A DNA stretch of 64,000 nucleotides from Dehalococcoidia bacterium (GCA_965243235.1 CBDEUI010000004.1:1298031-1362030); one strand, 5' to 3'; positions 1 to 10,270 are shown, numbered from the stretch's first letter. Program-made: numbers and translations. The notes: a model not told the origin generated them from the sequence alone.

Positions 1-425
1 CCCGGGAGCAGCTTAGCCACCGATGAGAACAACCGCGCCGGGCTTGTGGTGTTGTGCAGAGCGTCGATCACCACAATGCCATCCGTGTCCAACTCAGTGC
101 CCTCGATGTCATCGTTCTCAATTAGCTGAGGCACGACGTTGGTCAGATGGAGGTGATTGACTTCAGTCGCCAGCTCATCAAGTGTCGATTGGTCGCTATC
201 GAGAGCGATCACGTTGCCGTCATAGACATACTTCGCAATCGGGATCGTCAGCCCATCAACGCTCCCACCTAAGACAGCGACATGCTGCGACCTATGGATC
301 GGAAGCAGCGAAATGATCGCATGAGGATCGATCTGATCATTGAAAGTGTGCCAGCTCGCGGTCGGTCTCGTCGTCAATTTGGTTGTCTCGCGTCTCAGTC
401 GGAATTGCGGTTGTTTAATTGTCAT
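1..425 (-). CDS. Class I SAM-dependent methyltransferase-fold protein, N-terminal part only (gene runs off the window start)
   Basis: My own translation of the minus strand from the ATG at 425-423, which overlaps the hisA stop by 11 nt, gives MTIKQPQFRL...HVAVLGGSVDGLTIPIAKYVYDGNVIALDSDQSTLDEL...GIVVIDALHN. The frame is open to position 1. The Gly-rich loop followed by an acidic residue at a strand end resembles Rossmann methyltransferase motifs I/II. It is absent from the ORF track because no stop lies in the window. Confidence 0.4.
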   Translation of the reverse strand, partial: MTIKQPQFRLRRETTKLTTRPTASWHTFNDQIDPHAIISLLPIHRSQHVAVLGGSVDGLTIPIAKYVYDGNVIALDSDQSTLDELATEVNHLHLTNVVPQLIENDDIEGTELDTDGIVVIDALHNTTSPARLFSSVAKLLP

Positions 426-1140
426 TAACGGCTCGGATCGCAGCGGCGAGATCGAGAGAGCCAGTGTAAATAGCCATTCCAGTGATGGCACCGCCGGCGC
501 CGATGTCGCGAAGCTGCACCACGTCTTCGATCGTTGCGATTCCACCCGCCACCATTACTGGATATTCTATTTCCCGCACGACTTCGTCGACCGTTTCGAA
601 ATTGGGGTGCAACAGCGTCCCATCGCGCGTCGTGTCGGTATATATGAAATGTCGTACATGGCATTCAGCCGCCATCTCCTTGAGCAGATCTATCGCGCGC
701 ATCCCCGTTTCCGAGAGCCATCCCCTCGTACGGACCATACCGTTTTTGGCGTCTACTGATACGCAAACGCTGTCGGTGCCAAATCTTCCTACGGCGATCT
801 CGACGGCTTCGGGGTTTTCTACCGCCGCGGTCCCGAAGATCGCGAGCTGTACACCCATCTGGAACACCGCATCAGCGTCTTCAACAGAGCGAATACCACC
901 CCCCATCTGGATCGGCACATCGACTGAATTCACCACGCGCTCCACAGTCGCAGCATTGGTGCGCACACCGTCTTTGGCGCCATCCAGGTCGATGACGTGG
1001 AGCCGTTGAGCACCCATGTCAACCCACCGCAATGCGGCATCAACCGGATCATTGTCGAAAACAGTCTCTTGGGAGTAATCGCCCTTGAAAAGGCGCGCGC
1101 AACGACCACCGCGGATATCGATTGCTGGTATGACTTCCAT
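415..1140 (-). CDS. hisA: ProFAR isomerase (histidine biosynthesis)
   Basis: 241 aa. Motifs: IPAIDIRGG, HVIDLDGA, GGGIRS, YTDTTRDGTL, AGGI. Sits directly downstream of hisH. Confidence 0.9.
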   Translation of the reverse strand: MEVIPAIDIRGGRCARLFKGDYSQETVFDNDPVDAALRWVDMGAQRLHVIDLDGAKDGVRTNAATVERVVNSVDVPIQMGGGIRSVEDADAVFQMGVQLAIFGTAAVENPEAVEIAVGRFGTDSVCVSVDAKNGMVRTRGWLSETGMRAIDLLKEMAAECHVRHFIYTDTTRDGTLLHPNFETVDEVVREIEYPVMVAGGIATIEDVVQLRDIGAGGAITGMAIYTGSLDLAAAIRAVNDN

Positions 1141-1162
1141 TCGTGTCTATGCGTTCAAAGGT

Positions 1163-1822
1163 TCAGGTCAAACTTTGGGAGTATTCCAAAAATTTGTCGT
1201 AGATGCCTAATCCTGATCTCCCGCTCTTCTCCGGGTGAAACTGAGTTCCAACAATGTTTCCGCGAACGACTGCGGCACAAACATCGATGCCATGAGGCGA
1301 AGTAGCCGCTACATCTTGTGCATTTTCAACTTCGCAATGGTACGAGTGGACGAAGTAGAAATAGGTGTCCTGTGGGATGTCAGCGAATATGGGATGGCGC
1401 TGTACTGATTGGTCTTGGAAATGAACGGTGTTCCATCCCATGTGCGGGATTTTCAGAGGTAGTCCGTTCGAGCCGGATATGCCGTTCGGCAACCGAATAA
1501 CCTCCCCTCCTAAAACGCCAAGCCCTGGCAATTCGCCCTCTTCCGATCGTTCGAACAGTATCTGCATGCCGAGGCAGACGCACAACAACGGTCTTCCAGA
1601 GGCGGCGAACTCTCGGATCGTGTCGGGTAATTCCCGATCATTAAGTTGCTTCATCACGGCATCGTTAGCACCGACACCGGGGAGAATCGCCGCATGAGCA
1701 TCGGCGATCACATCTGCTGAGGTCGTAACTACGGGGTCTCCACCCACGATACGGACCGCCTTTTCGACGCTGTGGATGTTCGCAGCACCGGTGTTGATTA
1801 TTGCGAGACGAAAATCCTTCAA
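1163..1822 (-). CDS. hisH: Imidazole glycerol phosphate synthase, glutamine amidotransferase subunit
   Basis: 219 aa. Class I amidotransferase nucleophile context LLCVCLGMQ and C-terminal GTQFHPEKS. Confidence 0.9.
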   Translation of the reverse strand: MKDFRLAIINTGAANIHSVEKAVRIVGGDPVVTTSADVIADAHAAILPGVGANDAVMKQLNDRELPDTIREFAASGRPLLCVCLGMQILFERSEEGELPGLGVLGGEVIRLPNGISGSNGLPLKIPHMGWNTVHFQDQSVQRHPIFADIPQDTYFYFVHSYHCEVENAQDVAATSPHGIDVCAAVVRGNIVGTQFHPEKSGRSGLGIYDKFLEYSQSLT

Positions 1823-2391
1823 CTCGTGCGCCTCGTTCCAGTGACCATTTCTGGCGGCAATTCACGATCGACATACCTAGCCATCATGAATAAGCAGTCC
1901 GACAATCGATTGAGCCAAACGAGCAGGCTATCGTTCTCCAACATGTCGTCTTCGTAAAGTGTCACAGCCGCACGTTCAAGCTCGCGGACTTTGCAGCGGG
2001 CTACATCAAGCGTTGCGGACGCGACTGACGCGCCAGGAATGATGAAAGAAGGTGGGAGTTCGATTTCTTCCTCTAGCTTTTTGAGCAACCCGTCTAACTG
2101 GTCGATCTGTTCGTCGCCGATAGTTAGGAAGTGTTGTCGGAGACGATCAAGATGCGAAATCTCGGTCGTCAGTTCAGCATTGGCGATGAACATCAGGCGC
2201 TGAATCTCTAGCAGCTCGTCGTGCAGGAAACCCGAATCGCAATGCGCTCTCGCCAGTCCGAGAAGACTAACCGCCTCATCACCGATGCCGTTTGCTTCCA
2301 CACGCCGATTCGATTTCGACACGCGGCCGCCGTAAAGCAACGACGTCTCGCCGCTGTCTCCTGCCTTCGTGCTGATTGAATTCCTGACCAA
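1819..2391 (-). CDS. ATP:cob(I)alamin adenosyltransferase, PduO type
   Basis: 190 aa. N-terminal KAGDSGETSLLYGGRVSKS motif and helical-bundle remainder. 4-nt overlap with the hisH start. Confidence 0.75.
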   Translation of the reverse strand: MVRNSISTKAGDSGETSLLYGGRVSKSNRRVEANGIGDEAVSLLGLARAHCDSGFLHDELLEIQRLMFIANAELTTEISHLDRLRQHFLTIGDEQIDQLDGLLKKLEEEIELPPSFIIPGASVASATLDVARCKVRELERAAVTLYEDDMLENDSLLVWLNRLSDCLFMMARYVDRELPPEMVTGTRRTS

Positions 2392-2503
2392 TGGGGTGTA
2401 ATATCATGGGTATCGAGAGATATTTCCGATTCTACGTTGCGGACGGCAACCTCCCGGAACGCGACTGCAGAATATCCGCAACGGTCGGAGCACTCATAGA
2501 ACT

Positions 2504-2866
2504 ATGACCATCGCCGAACAGCAACATGCGGTCCCGATAAACACCGTTCACGTCACGCAAAAAGCGGCGTCAAAAGCAATGGAGTTCGCTCAGAAGGCGG
2601 GGCGTGATAATTGCGGACTGAAGATAGCGGTGCAGGGTGGAGGTTGCTCAGGCCTACAATACGTGCTTGAACTCGTTGACGGCCCTGAAGATTCTGACAA
2701 AATCATCAGCGAGCACGGCATCGAGGTGTACATCCCGAAACGGGCATTTGTGTTCCTAGCCGGAACCGTGCTCGACTTCTCAGACGGCCTTAACGGTCGG
2801 GGCTTCGAGTTCCACAACCCGAACGCTAAGCGCACGTGCGGATGCGGCGATTCCTTCGCCGTTTGA
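2504..2866 (+). CDS. Fe-S cluster assembly/insertion protein, IscA/HesB/ErpA family
   Basis: 120 aa. GGGCSG motif and C-terminal CGCGDSF cysteine signature. Confidence 0.85.
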   Translation: MTIAEQQHAVPINTVHVTQKAASKAMEFAQKAGRDNCGLKIAVQGGGCSGLQYVLELVDGPEDSDKIISEHGIEVYIPKRAFVFLAGTVLDFSDGLNGRGFEFHNPNAKRTCGCGDSFAV

Positions 2867-2875
2867 GCCCGTAAA

Positions 2876-3889
2876 GTGGCTCGTACCTCACAGAACGTCG
2901 CCACCGATTTGGCGCAAGCCTTCGCAACGTACGAAAAACGCGGCGTAGCCGTCTTCTCACCTCGTTTCGGGTCTACTTACAGGCACGTCGGTCCCGATGC
3001 TTTGGACTTGCTCCACCGGTTGACCACGAATTCGATCATCGATATCCCCGACGGATCAGCGCGTCGAACAATTCTGACGAATGAGAAAGGCAGAATTGTC
3101 GATGTATTTTGGGTGATGAAGCGGTCTGACGAAGAGCTGCTATTGGTAACCGACTCCACGGATCCATCTTCGATGCGAGATTGGATCGATCGCTTCACAA
3201 TCATCGAGGATGCAGAACTCATCGACGCGTCGGATTTCTTGACTCGTTGGTACGTGGTAGGCCCAAACGCGTCGGACGCATTGAGCGAGTCATTTCCAGA
3301 GTTGGACTTTACGGATTGCGATGTCCGTACGATACGTGGAATGGATGTGGTTGATGGCGGCATTGCGCTGTTTGTGAGGACAGACGCAGCAGGACAAGAG
3401 ACCTGGCTAGTCATTGGGGGCTCGCCTGCGGTCACAAAAATAAACTTTCGATTCGAAAATGCCGAGATTGAACCTGCGCCTAACAAGCTGTTCGACCACA
3501 TCCGCATATCCAACAAGGTCCCGATTGCCGGTTTTGATTTGACCGAAGACGTCAACCCTCTCGAAGCCGGGTTGCTGGATCTGATCGATTTCGAAAAAGG
3601 CTGCTACATCGGTCAAGAGGTGATTGCCCGTCTCGACACGTATGACAAGGTTCAGCGCTCACTCGTAGGATTTTCTCAAACGGATCTGACTAACGACGTG
3701 CAAAGGATCGAGATAGGCGACGACATCTTGTCGGACGACGGCGGCAGACGTGTTGGGTGGGTAACGTCAGTCGCACAAAGACCACGAACGAACGAATTGA
3801 TCGGATTAGCATACCTGCGTAAAACCCACACACAACCCGGATCTGTCATGACCACTTCCGAAGGATCGAGCCTGCAAATCTTGAAGTAG
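2876..3889 (+). CDS. YgfZ/GcvT-like folate-binding protein (Fe-S cluster maintenance family)
   Basis: 337 aa. Contains the KGCYIGQE motif typical of YgfZ. Adjacent to the IscA-like gene. Confidence 0.7.
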   Translation: MARTSQNVATDLAQAFATYEKRGVAVFSPRFGSTYRHVGPDALDLLHRLTTNSIIDIPDGSARRTILTNEKGRIVDVFWVMKRSDEELLLVTDSTDPSSMRDWIDRFTIIEDAELIDASDFLTRWYVVGPNASDALSESFPELDFTDCDVRTIRGMDVVDGGIALFVRTDAAGQETWLVIGGSPAVTKINFRFENAEIEPAPNKLFDHIRISNKVPIAGFDLTEDVNPLEAGLLDLIDFEKGCYIGQEVIARLDTYDKVQRSLVGFSQTDLTNDVQRIEIGDDILSDDGGRRVGWVTSVAQRPRTNELIGLAYLRKTHTQPGSVMTTSEGSSLQILK

Positions 3890-3927
3890 CAGACGCGACC
3901 CGACGCCGGTTTCGGAATGCGAGGCAA

Positions 3928-4002
3928 TGGAGCGGGAGACGGGATTCGAACCCGCGACACCCTGCTTGGAAGGCAGGCACTCTACCACTGAGTTACTCCC
4001 GC
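3928..4002 (-). tRNA. tRNA-Gly (anticodon UCC), CCA encoded
   Basis: The reverse complement reads GCGGGAGTAACTCAGTGGTAGAGTGCCTGCCTTCCAAGCAGGGTGTCGCGGGTTCGAATCCCGTCTCCCGCTCCA. Acceptor pairs GCGGGAG/CTCCCGC, the anticodon loop is CTTCCAA, and the T-loop is GGTTCGAATCC. Confidence 0.9.
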
Positions 4003-4111
4003 GTTCGTGAATTTCATTGTAACCCCCGCAGGTCGTGGAATTGACTTCGGGCCCTCTCCCTCGATTTGTAGAATCGATTGAGTCTGCTAATCGCGAACTG
4101 ACTGGTCAAAC

Positions 4112-5287
4112 ATGAAGACAACTGGCTTCCGCACGATCGTACTCGGCACGCCGTGGCGAAATCTAACCTACTGCATCATCGAGACCGACGAAGGCATCAC
4201 CGGCGTCGGCGAAGCCCGAGTCCTCGGTAAGACCCACACGGTTTGCGAGTACTTGAAAGATGTCGAACGTCATTTCATCGGACACGACCCCTTTGACATT
4301 GAGGCGCTCTACCGACGAATGACGCTTCTCGACTTCGGTAAAGCTGGCGAGGTAGTGCACACGGGCCTAGCGTTGGTCGAGCTCGCGTTCTGGGACATAA
4401 TCGGCAAAGCTTGCAACCAGCCTGTCTACAAGCTGATGGGGGGACAGGTCACCGACCGAGTTCAAGCCTATGCGAACGGTTGGTACACAGTCGAACGCGC
4501 ACCTGAACAGTTTGCCGCAGCTGCTCAGCGAGTAATCGATCGCGGGTATCGAGCGATGAAGTTCGACCCCTTCGGCAACGGCGACTTGGAACTGGAACGC
4601 GACGAATTTTTCAAATCCTTAGACCTGATCGAAGCAGTTGCATCTGTGACCGGCACATATGCCCAGATCATGATCGAGATGCATGGCCGATTCGCACCGC
4701 ATCAAGCCCGGGAAATTGCCAGACACATCGAACGCTTCAACATCGGGTGGATCGAAGAACCGGTTCGACCGGGAGATGTTCCGGCGCTCGAATCAGTCAG
4801 AAACCACACGAGTCTGCCAATCGCAACTGGCGAACGCCTCTATGGTGCCCCTGAATTCAGGGAGATCTGGGGAGGTCAGACCGTTGACATTATCCAACCA
4901 GACATTACGCAATGCGGCGGCATTCTTGAAGTCAAGAAGATCGCATCGACCGCAGAGACCTACTCGATTATGGTCGCACCTCATAACGTTGGTGGAATAA
5001 TCTCGACCATGGCCGCGTTGCAACTCTGTTTGACATTAAGAAATGTGAAAATCCTTGAGCACTTCAACGATTTCGCTGATCCGCACGTGAAAAACGCTGG
5101 GTCCAATTATCCAGAGGTCGTTGATGGCTACTTCCCGTTGCCTGACAAGCCAGGATGGGGAGTCGAACTGAACGAGGAATTCATCAATTCACAACTGCCA
5201 AACTACACTGATGCGGGCGTCATCGCCGACCCCGGACTCAACATGTTCGAGAACGCAGATTGGGCGAAACGCGGCCAAAATGATTAA
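4112..5287 (+). CDS. Enolase-superfamily enzyme (mandelate racemase/muconate lactonizing, sugar-acid dehydratase-like)
   Basis: 391 aa. N-terminal capping domain (ITGVGEA) and barrel motifs KFDPFG, WIEEP, ATGER. Confidence 0.8.
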   Translation: MKTTGFRTIVLGTPWRNLTYCIIETDEGITGVGEARVLGKTHTVCEYLKDVERHFIGHDPFDIEALYRRMTLLDFGKAGEVVHTGLALVELAFWDIIGKACNQPVYKLMGGQVTDRVQAYANGWYTVERAPEQFAAAAQRVIDRGYRAMKFDPFGNGDLELERDEFFKSLDLIEAVASVTGTYAQIMIEMHGRFAPHQAREIARHIERFNIGWIEEPVRPGDVPALESVRNHTSLPIATGERLYGAPEFREIWGGQTVDIIQPDITQCGGILEVKKIASTAETYSIMVAPHNVGGIISTMAALQLCLTLRNVKILEHFNDFADPHVKNAGSNYPEVVDGYFPLPDKPGWGVELNEEFINSQLPNYTDAGVIADPGLNMFENADWAKRGQND

Positions 5288-5347
5288 CTGATTGCCAGAA
5301 AAGCACACCGCTATTACATCCGACACACAAACAACCGGTAGAGGTAA

Positions 5348-6925
5348 ATGACAACAACAGCTGTATCTGAAGCAAACCGCTTAGTCGATCCGCATGGAGG
5401 AGAATTGGTGAACCTCCTTGTGGAGCCTAGGCGCAGCGCGGAACTTGAAATCGAAGCATCTGCTTTGCCGAAATGGGAGTTGACGCCGCGTCAGCTATGC
5501 GACATTGAGCAGTTGATAACCGGTGCGTTCTCACCGCTCAGAGGATTCATGAATCGCGGCGATTACGAAGGTGTGCGCGACGAGATGCGACTCACTGACG
5601 GCACGCTTTGGCCGATGCCCATAGTTCTAGACGTGCCAGCCGAGTTTGCAACTTCGTTATCCGAAGGCGATAGATTGGCCCTGATGCACCCTGAGGGTGT
5701 CCTGACCGCCGTGTTGACCGTCGGTGATGTCTGGCGACCAGATCGGACCGAAGAAGCCGAAAAAGTGTTCGGAACCGCCGACGAGTACCATCCCGGCGTT
5801 AACACACTGCTCAACGACACTGGTGAGTACTACGTTGGAGGATCTTTGGAAGGTGTGCGGGCTTCACAGCACCACACTTATGCCGGATTGCGACACACGC
5901 CGGCTGGGCTTCGACAGGAGTTCGAATCGCGCGGATGGTCAAGGGTCGTTGCATTCCAAACTCGCAATCCGATGCACCGGGCACACGTCGAGTTGACTCG
6001 TCGGGCGGCCGAGCAAGTTTCCGCAAATCTGTTGATCCACCCTGTCGTCGGTCTCACGAAACCGGGAGATGTCGAGTACCACACCCGGGTGCGCTGCTAC
6101 CGGGCGATCTTGGACGGTTACGCAGAAAACTCGGCAGCGTTGAGCTTGTTGCAACTCGCGATGCGCATGGGTGGTCCTCGCGAAGCTGTCTGGCATGCCA
6201 TTGTCCGTAAGAACTACGGCTGCACTCATTTCATAGTCGGAAGGGACCATGCAGGCCCCGGCAATGATGCGGATGGAAATCCGTTCTACGGTCCGTACGA
6301 TGCTCAATATCTGGTTGAAGAGCACCGCGATGAACTCGGCATTGACGTGGTGACTTTTCAAGAAGTCGTCTACGACGGAACCAGTGACCGCTACATGACG
6401 CGCGACGAGTTGACGGATACATCCGAAGTAATGAATCTTTCGGGCACCGAACTTCGAGATCGGCTACAGACCGGAGCGGATATACCTGAATGGTTCTCAT
6501 TCCCGAGCGTCATTGAAGAGTTGCGCAAATCTTACCCGGCAATGAACGAACGCGGATTTAACGTGTTTATCGCGGGCGATGGAGCATCGTCGAAGTCTTC
6601 CCTCGGCAATGCGATCGCCGAGATGCTTCTCGAAGAGGGTTCAAGACCAGTAACTGTCTTGGGCGACTCTGATCTAACAACTGACACCATCAACTTAGTT
6701 GCCCGTGAAGCGTCCCGAAACGGTGGCGCGGTGATTTCCATACCAAACAGTGGCCAAGGTGCAGAGGCAGCCCAACAGTTTGGGTTCGGTGAAGGGGTGT
6801 TCGTATGGGTCCAGCAAGGCGTAGGGGTTGATGGTGCTGATGTTTCAATCGGCCCTGATATGACACCCGGCGAGGGTGCAAGTGCCGTTATGGAGCACTT
6901 AAGTTCGTTGGGATTGATATCTTGA
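5348..6925 (+). CDS. sat: Sulfate adenylyltransferase (ATP sulfurylase) with C-terminal APS-kinase-like domain
   Basis: 525 aa. FQTRNPMHRAH and HFIVGRDHAGPG motifs. The C-terminal ~128 aa (from 6542) resembles APS kinase, but its P-loop is degenerate (IAGDGASSKSS). Confidence 0.85.
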   Translation: MTTTAVSEANRLVDPHGGELVNLLVEPRRSAELEIEASALPKWELTPRQLCDIEQLITGAFSPLRGFMNRGDYEGVRDEMRLTDGTLWPMPIVLDVPAEFATSLSEGDRLALMHPEGVLTAVLTVGDVWRPDRTEEAEKVFGTADEYHPGVNTLLNDTGEYYVGGSLEGVRASQHHTYAGLRHTPAGLRQEFESRGWSRVVAFQTRNPMHRAHVELTRRAAEQVSANLLIHPVVGLTKPGDVEYHTRVRCYRAILDGYAENSAALSLLQLAMRMGGPREAVWHAIVRKNYGCTHFIVGRDHAGPGNDADGNPFYGPYDAQYLVEEHRDELGIDVVTFQEVVYDGTSDRYMTRDELTDTSEVMNLSGTELRDRLQTGADIPEWFSFPSVIEELRKSYPAMNERGFNVFIAGDGASSKSSLGNAIAEMLLEEGSRPVTVLGDSDLTTDTINLVAREASRNGGAVISIPNSGQGAEAAQQFGFGEGVFVWVQQGVGVDGADVSIGPDMTPGEGASAVMEHLSSLGLIS

Positions 6926-7124
6926 ATAAAATCAATCTTGATTGCTACGATCCGTATGCGATAAACGAAGGCTACGAATAAACCGGAACAGAGCGCAATC
7001 AGAAATCACCAAACTCGCACCATCATATAGTTTGGAACGTCACACGGCGTGGTAATTTATCCAACTGAGAACGACGGGTGTATGGTTTGATTAGTGTTTA
7101 ACGACAGCGAGGAATGCGGTAAAC

Positions 7125-7430
7125 ATGAGAATCGAAGAAATATCACTCCGCGAAGTGCAAGAGGTGTGGGAAACTAACCGCAGATACTCCGCTGCTTCGC
7201 GATCGCCGGAGATGATCGCCCTTGTCGACGCACTGTCCAAAATGGATGTTGGAGATGCGAGGGCCATCGGGTATGCCGAAGATCGCACTCCAAACAATGT
7301 CAAGCTACAAGTGCAAAAAGCTGCGAAACTCGTCGGCAAAAATGTAAACGTAGTAATTGACGAAAGCCAACTCCGGGTCATGTTTTCTGTCATGGACCGT
7401 CCGGCACGTAGACTACGGGCCCGGACATAG
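7125..7430 (+). CDS. Hypothetical small protein (101 aa)
   Basis: ORF with protein-like composition in an AT-richer stretch, with AGGAA about 12 nt upstream. I recognise no motif. A 100-aa antisense ORF (7091-7393) competes with it. Confidence 0.4.
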   Translation: MRIEEISLREVQEVWETNRRYSAASRSPEMIALVDALSKMDVGDARAIGYAEDRTPNNVKLQVQKAAKLVGKNVNVVIDESQLRVMFSVMDRPARRLRART

Positions 7431-7447
7431 CAAGGATGATGTCAGCT

Positions 7448-8548
7448 TTATCCCAATTGCTGACCGACTAACGATCCCAATCCGAACGTAATCGCGCCGG
7501 CAGCCACGCCAACTAAGAGCATCCTCAAAGCTCCGTAAATCTTCCCGCTACCAGACATCCAACCTAATCCGCCGCCTACGATTGCGAGGGCAGCGCCCGA
7601 AGCGAGCGCACTGACGGTGATAGAGGTGGGGCCACTCAAACCCACCGCGTACGGTATAAGAGGTACGGCGGCCCCTCCAGCGAAGGCAACTAGAGAGCTA
7701 AAGGCGGCAGTCAACGGGGAGCCACCCAATTCATCTGGGTCGATGCCCAATTCTTCGCGTACATGCATCTCGAGGGCGGCTTCGTGGTCGCTCATGATGC
7801 GTGCGGCTGCCGATTTCGCCTCACTTGGCGAGAGACCTTTCGATTGGAGTAACTCGGCAAATTCCGCTTCCTCCTCCTCGCGCCAAAAATATAGTTCAGC
7901 GTTTTCCCAACGAACCAAGTTTTCATTGAATTCACGTTGAGAAACGACTGAAATATATTCGCCGGCTGCCATTGACAGGGCGCCACCTACTAGACCTGCG
8001 GTGCCCGCCAGCACGACGATGGCGGGGTCTGACGCTCCAGCCGCGACACCCAAGGTGAGCGTAGTATTCGAGACCAATCCATCGTTCATGCCCAACACCG
8101 CCGCTCGCAAGGCTCCCGATTTGGTAACCAATGAACCGTACTCGTGATGTTTCCCGTCGTCGGTCGTATCCTCAGCCAACTGATCCAGCAGATCCATACC
8201 CTCGGCCGCTTCGTCATTCAGGCCGGTATTCAGATACTCTTCGGTGTTGTTGCTCAGCGATTGGCGAAAACGGCTGCGAAGAAATCCTGCGATACGTGCG
8301 GAATTTAGGAATTTCGAGGCCAATCTGAACAAGACCAACGAAATCGAGAATCTACCGACGCTCTGAGACGCTACATTAGTCGCTGCGGATTGTGACCAAC
8401 GGCGGGCAATGGTGGTTTGAATCTCTTGCAGACGCTTGAAGCGCCGAACGCGTTCGGGGTCATCAACGACATCCGCCATCAATCCGTAGATGGCGGCGTC
8501 CTTCCAAGAATTTCGAATGAGATTTCGAGTCTTGGACGCATTAACCAT
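7448..8548 (-). CDS. VIT1/CCC1-family iron/manganese transporter with N-terminal soluble domain
   Basis: 366 aa. GMNDGLVSN motif and C-terminal TM helices typical of the VIT family. Confidence 0.75.
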   Translation of the reverse strand: MVNASKTRNLIRNSWKDAAIYGLMADVVDDPERVRRFKRLQEIQTTIARRWSQSAATNVASQSVGRFSISLVLFRLASKFLNSARIAGFLRSRFRQSLSNNTEEYLNTGLNDEAAEGMDLLDQLAEDTTDDGKHHEYGSLVTKSGALRAAVLGMNDGLVSNTTLTLGVAAGASDPAIVVLAGTAGLVGGALSMAAGEYISVVSQREFNENLVRWENAELYFWREEEEAEFAELLQSKGLSPSEAKSAAARIMSDHEAALEMHVREELGIDPDELGGSPLTAAFSSLVAFAGGAAVPLIPYAVGLSGPTSITVSALASGAALAIVGGGLGWMSGSGKIYGALRMLLVGVAAGAITFGLGSLVGQQLG

Positions 8549-8575
8549 CGATTTTGTAGCTTTCTGAGTTAATCA

Positions 8576-10237
8576 TTAGACCGAACCGTCCAAGATTACA
8601 TCCACACATGCAGGTTTTCCAGAGGCAACCGCCGCCTCGATTGCCGGCTTGATGTCATCGGCCTGGGTAACACGTATCCCGACACCCCCGTACGCCTCTG
8701 CCTGCGCCTTGAAGTCGAACGGCGTCGGGAAGTCCATCGCGTTGTAAACATCGGGCGGCGGCAGATCGTTCAGCTCATGGTAGACGTTCATATTGACCTT
8801 CAGCACGCGGTAAGCGGCATTGTTGCAGATGACGTACGTGACGGGGATGTCGTAGTTGACGGCTGTCCATAGTCCTTGAACCGTCATCATTGCGCTTCCA
8901 TCACCGACAATGCCAATCGTCGGGGATTCTGGATTCGCGAGCTTCATACCCATCGTCGCGCCGATACCCCAACCGATCGCGCCGCCTCGAGCGGCAATCA
9001 CGTTCAAATCGTCTCGATGCGCAATGCCAGCGTATACCATCCCCTGCGAAGAAATCGAGTCGTTAAAAACGTTGGCATTTTGGGGAATGGCGTCGCCGAG
9101 TGCCCTGCCTAACGAAGCGGGAGGGATCGGAGAACGGCTCCAACCCGATGCCGCGAGCTCCTCAAACGCGGCAGCTTTGGCACGATTATCGTGCGCGATC
9201 TTTTGTCGCCTCTCATCGGCTGCAACCTGCGCTTCGCGCCCCAACCGCGCCTTCACCGCCTCATCCAGCTGAAGCAACGCGTGTTTAGGGGATGCCCAAA
9301 TGCCGATGTCCGTGGGCTCTTTCTTCCCGATCTCGCCGCTGTTTATGTCAATGTGAATCAGCTTTGTGTCGTCGGGGACGAAATTGCCACTCTGATAGAA
9401 GAAATCCTCAAACACTGCGCACCCGACGGCCAGCACCACATCAGCATTTTGGATGGCGTCTCTGCCTTCTTTGGTCCTGAAGGACAAGGGGCCACACCAA
9501 AGCTGATGATCGCTAGGGAAATTCGTATGTCCTCCAGCTGCTCCGAATGCCCTGGCCGCCAAGGTATCTGCCAACTTGGCCGCCGCATCTGCGCCACCTG
9601 AGGCGTGAACGCGATCACCCACAACCAGCAATGGATTCTTAGCATTCACCAAGAGGTCTGCGGCATCTTCAACGGCCCCGGGTTCAGGAAGAGGATCGGC
9701 GTAAATGGGTACCGAAGGTGAGATGTCGATGTCGGCGAAGTCGTCGAACGCGTTGGTGGATACTGCCACAAACACAGGTCCGGTAGGTGGAGTTCTTGCT
9801 TCTTGGAACGCCCGGCGCATCACGGACGGAACCTGTTCAGGATGCGAGATCTCCGCGCTCCACTTTGCAAACGGCGCGGCCATATCCGCGAGATCGCTCC
9901 TGCCTGCCGCCATGTGTCGGATGTCCTTGTTGCCCGCGGTGATGACGACGGGCGATCCGGTGCGGTTTTGGTCGACCATCAGGCTGAATCCGTTGGCCAG
10001 CCCATTGTCGATGTGCAAACTCACGAACCCGACCTCGCCGCTGGCTCTGGCATACCCTTCGGCCATTCCGACCGCCACACCTTCCTGCACCACCATCAGA
10101 TATTCGAGATCGGGATACTCATGGATGACGCTCATCATCGGCGCCTCGCTTGTCCCCGGATTGCCGAAGATGTAGCGCACTCCTTCGGATCGTAGAGTCT
10201 GCAAGAATGCATGTCTGCCTTGGAGTTTGGTAGTCAT
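8576..10237 (-). CDS. Thiamine-diphosphate-dependent enzyme (acetolactate synthase / benzoylformate decarboxylase-like)
   Basis: 553 aa. N-terminal GVRYIFGNPGTSE and a ThDP-binding GDGSAMM...NN motif. Confidence 0.8.
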   Translation of the reverse strand: MTTKLQGRHAFLQTLRSEGVRYIFGNPGTSEAPMMSVIHEYPDLEYLMVVQEGVAVGMAEGYARASGEVGFVSLHIDNGLANGFSLMVDQNRTGSPVVITAGNKDIRHMAAGRSDLADMAAPFAKWSAEISHPEQVPSVMRRAFQEARTPPTGPVFVAVSTNAFDDFADIDISPSVPIYADPLPEPGAVEDAADLLVNAKNPLLVVGDRVHASGGADAAAKLADTLAARAFGAAGGHTNFPSDHQLWCGPLSFRTKEGRDAIQNADVVLAVGCAVFEDFFYQSGNFVPDDTKLIHIDINSGEIGKKEPTDIGIWASPKHALLQLDEAVKARLGREAQVAADERRQKIAHDNRAKAAAFEELAASGWSRSPIPPASLGRALGDAIPQNANVFNDSISSQGMVYAGIAHRDDLNVIAARGGAIGWGIGATMGMKLANPESPTIGIVGDGSAMMTVQGLWTAVNYDIPVTYVICNNAAYRVLKVNMNVYHELNDLPPPDVYNAMDFPTPFDFKAQAEAYGGVGIRVTQADDIKPAIEAAVASGKPACVDVILDGSV

Positions 10238-10270
10238 CGTTGTATCTCCTGATGTCGCCGTTGGTATGAT

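Noticed and set aside
340-1009. Plus-strand ORFs 340-759 and 482-1009.
   Set aside because: They are antisense to hisA and to the methyltransferase-like gene, and they contain no motifs.
3806-3988. Minus-strand small ORFs 3676-3960 and 3806-3988.
   Set aside because: They overlap the tRNA-Gly gene and the 3' end of the YgfZ-like gene, so they are artefacts of the tRNA sequence.
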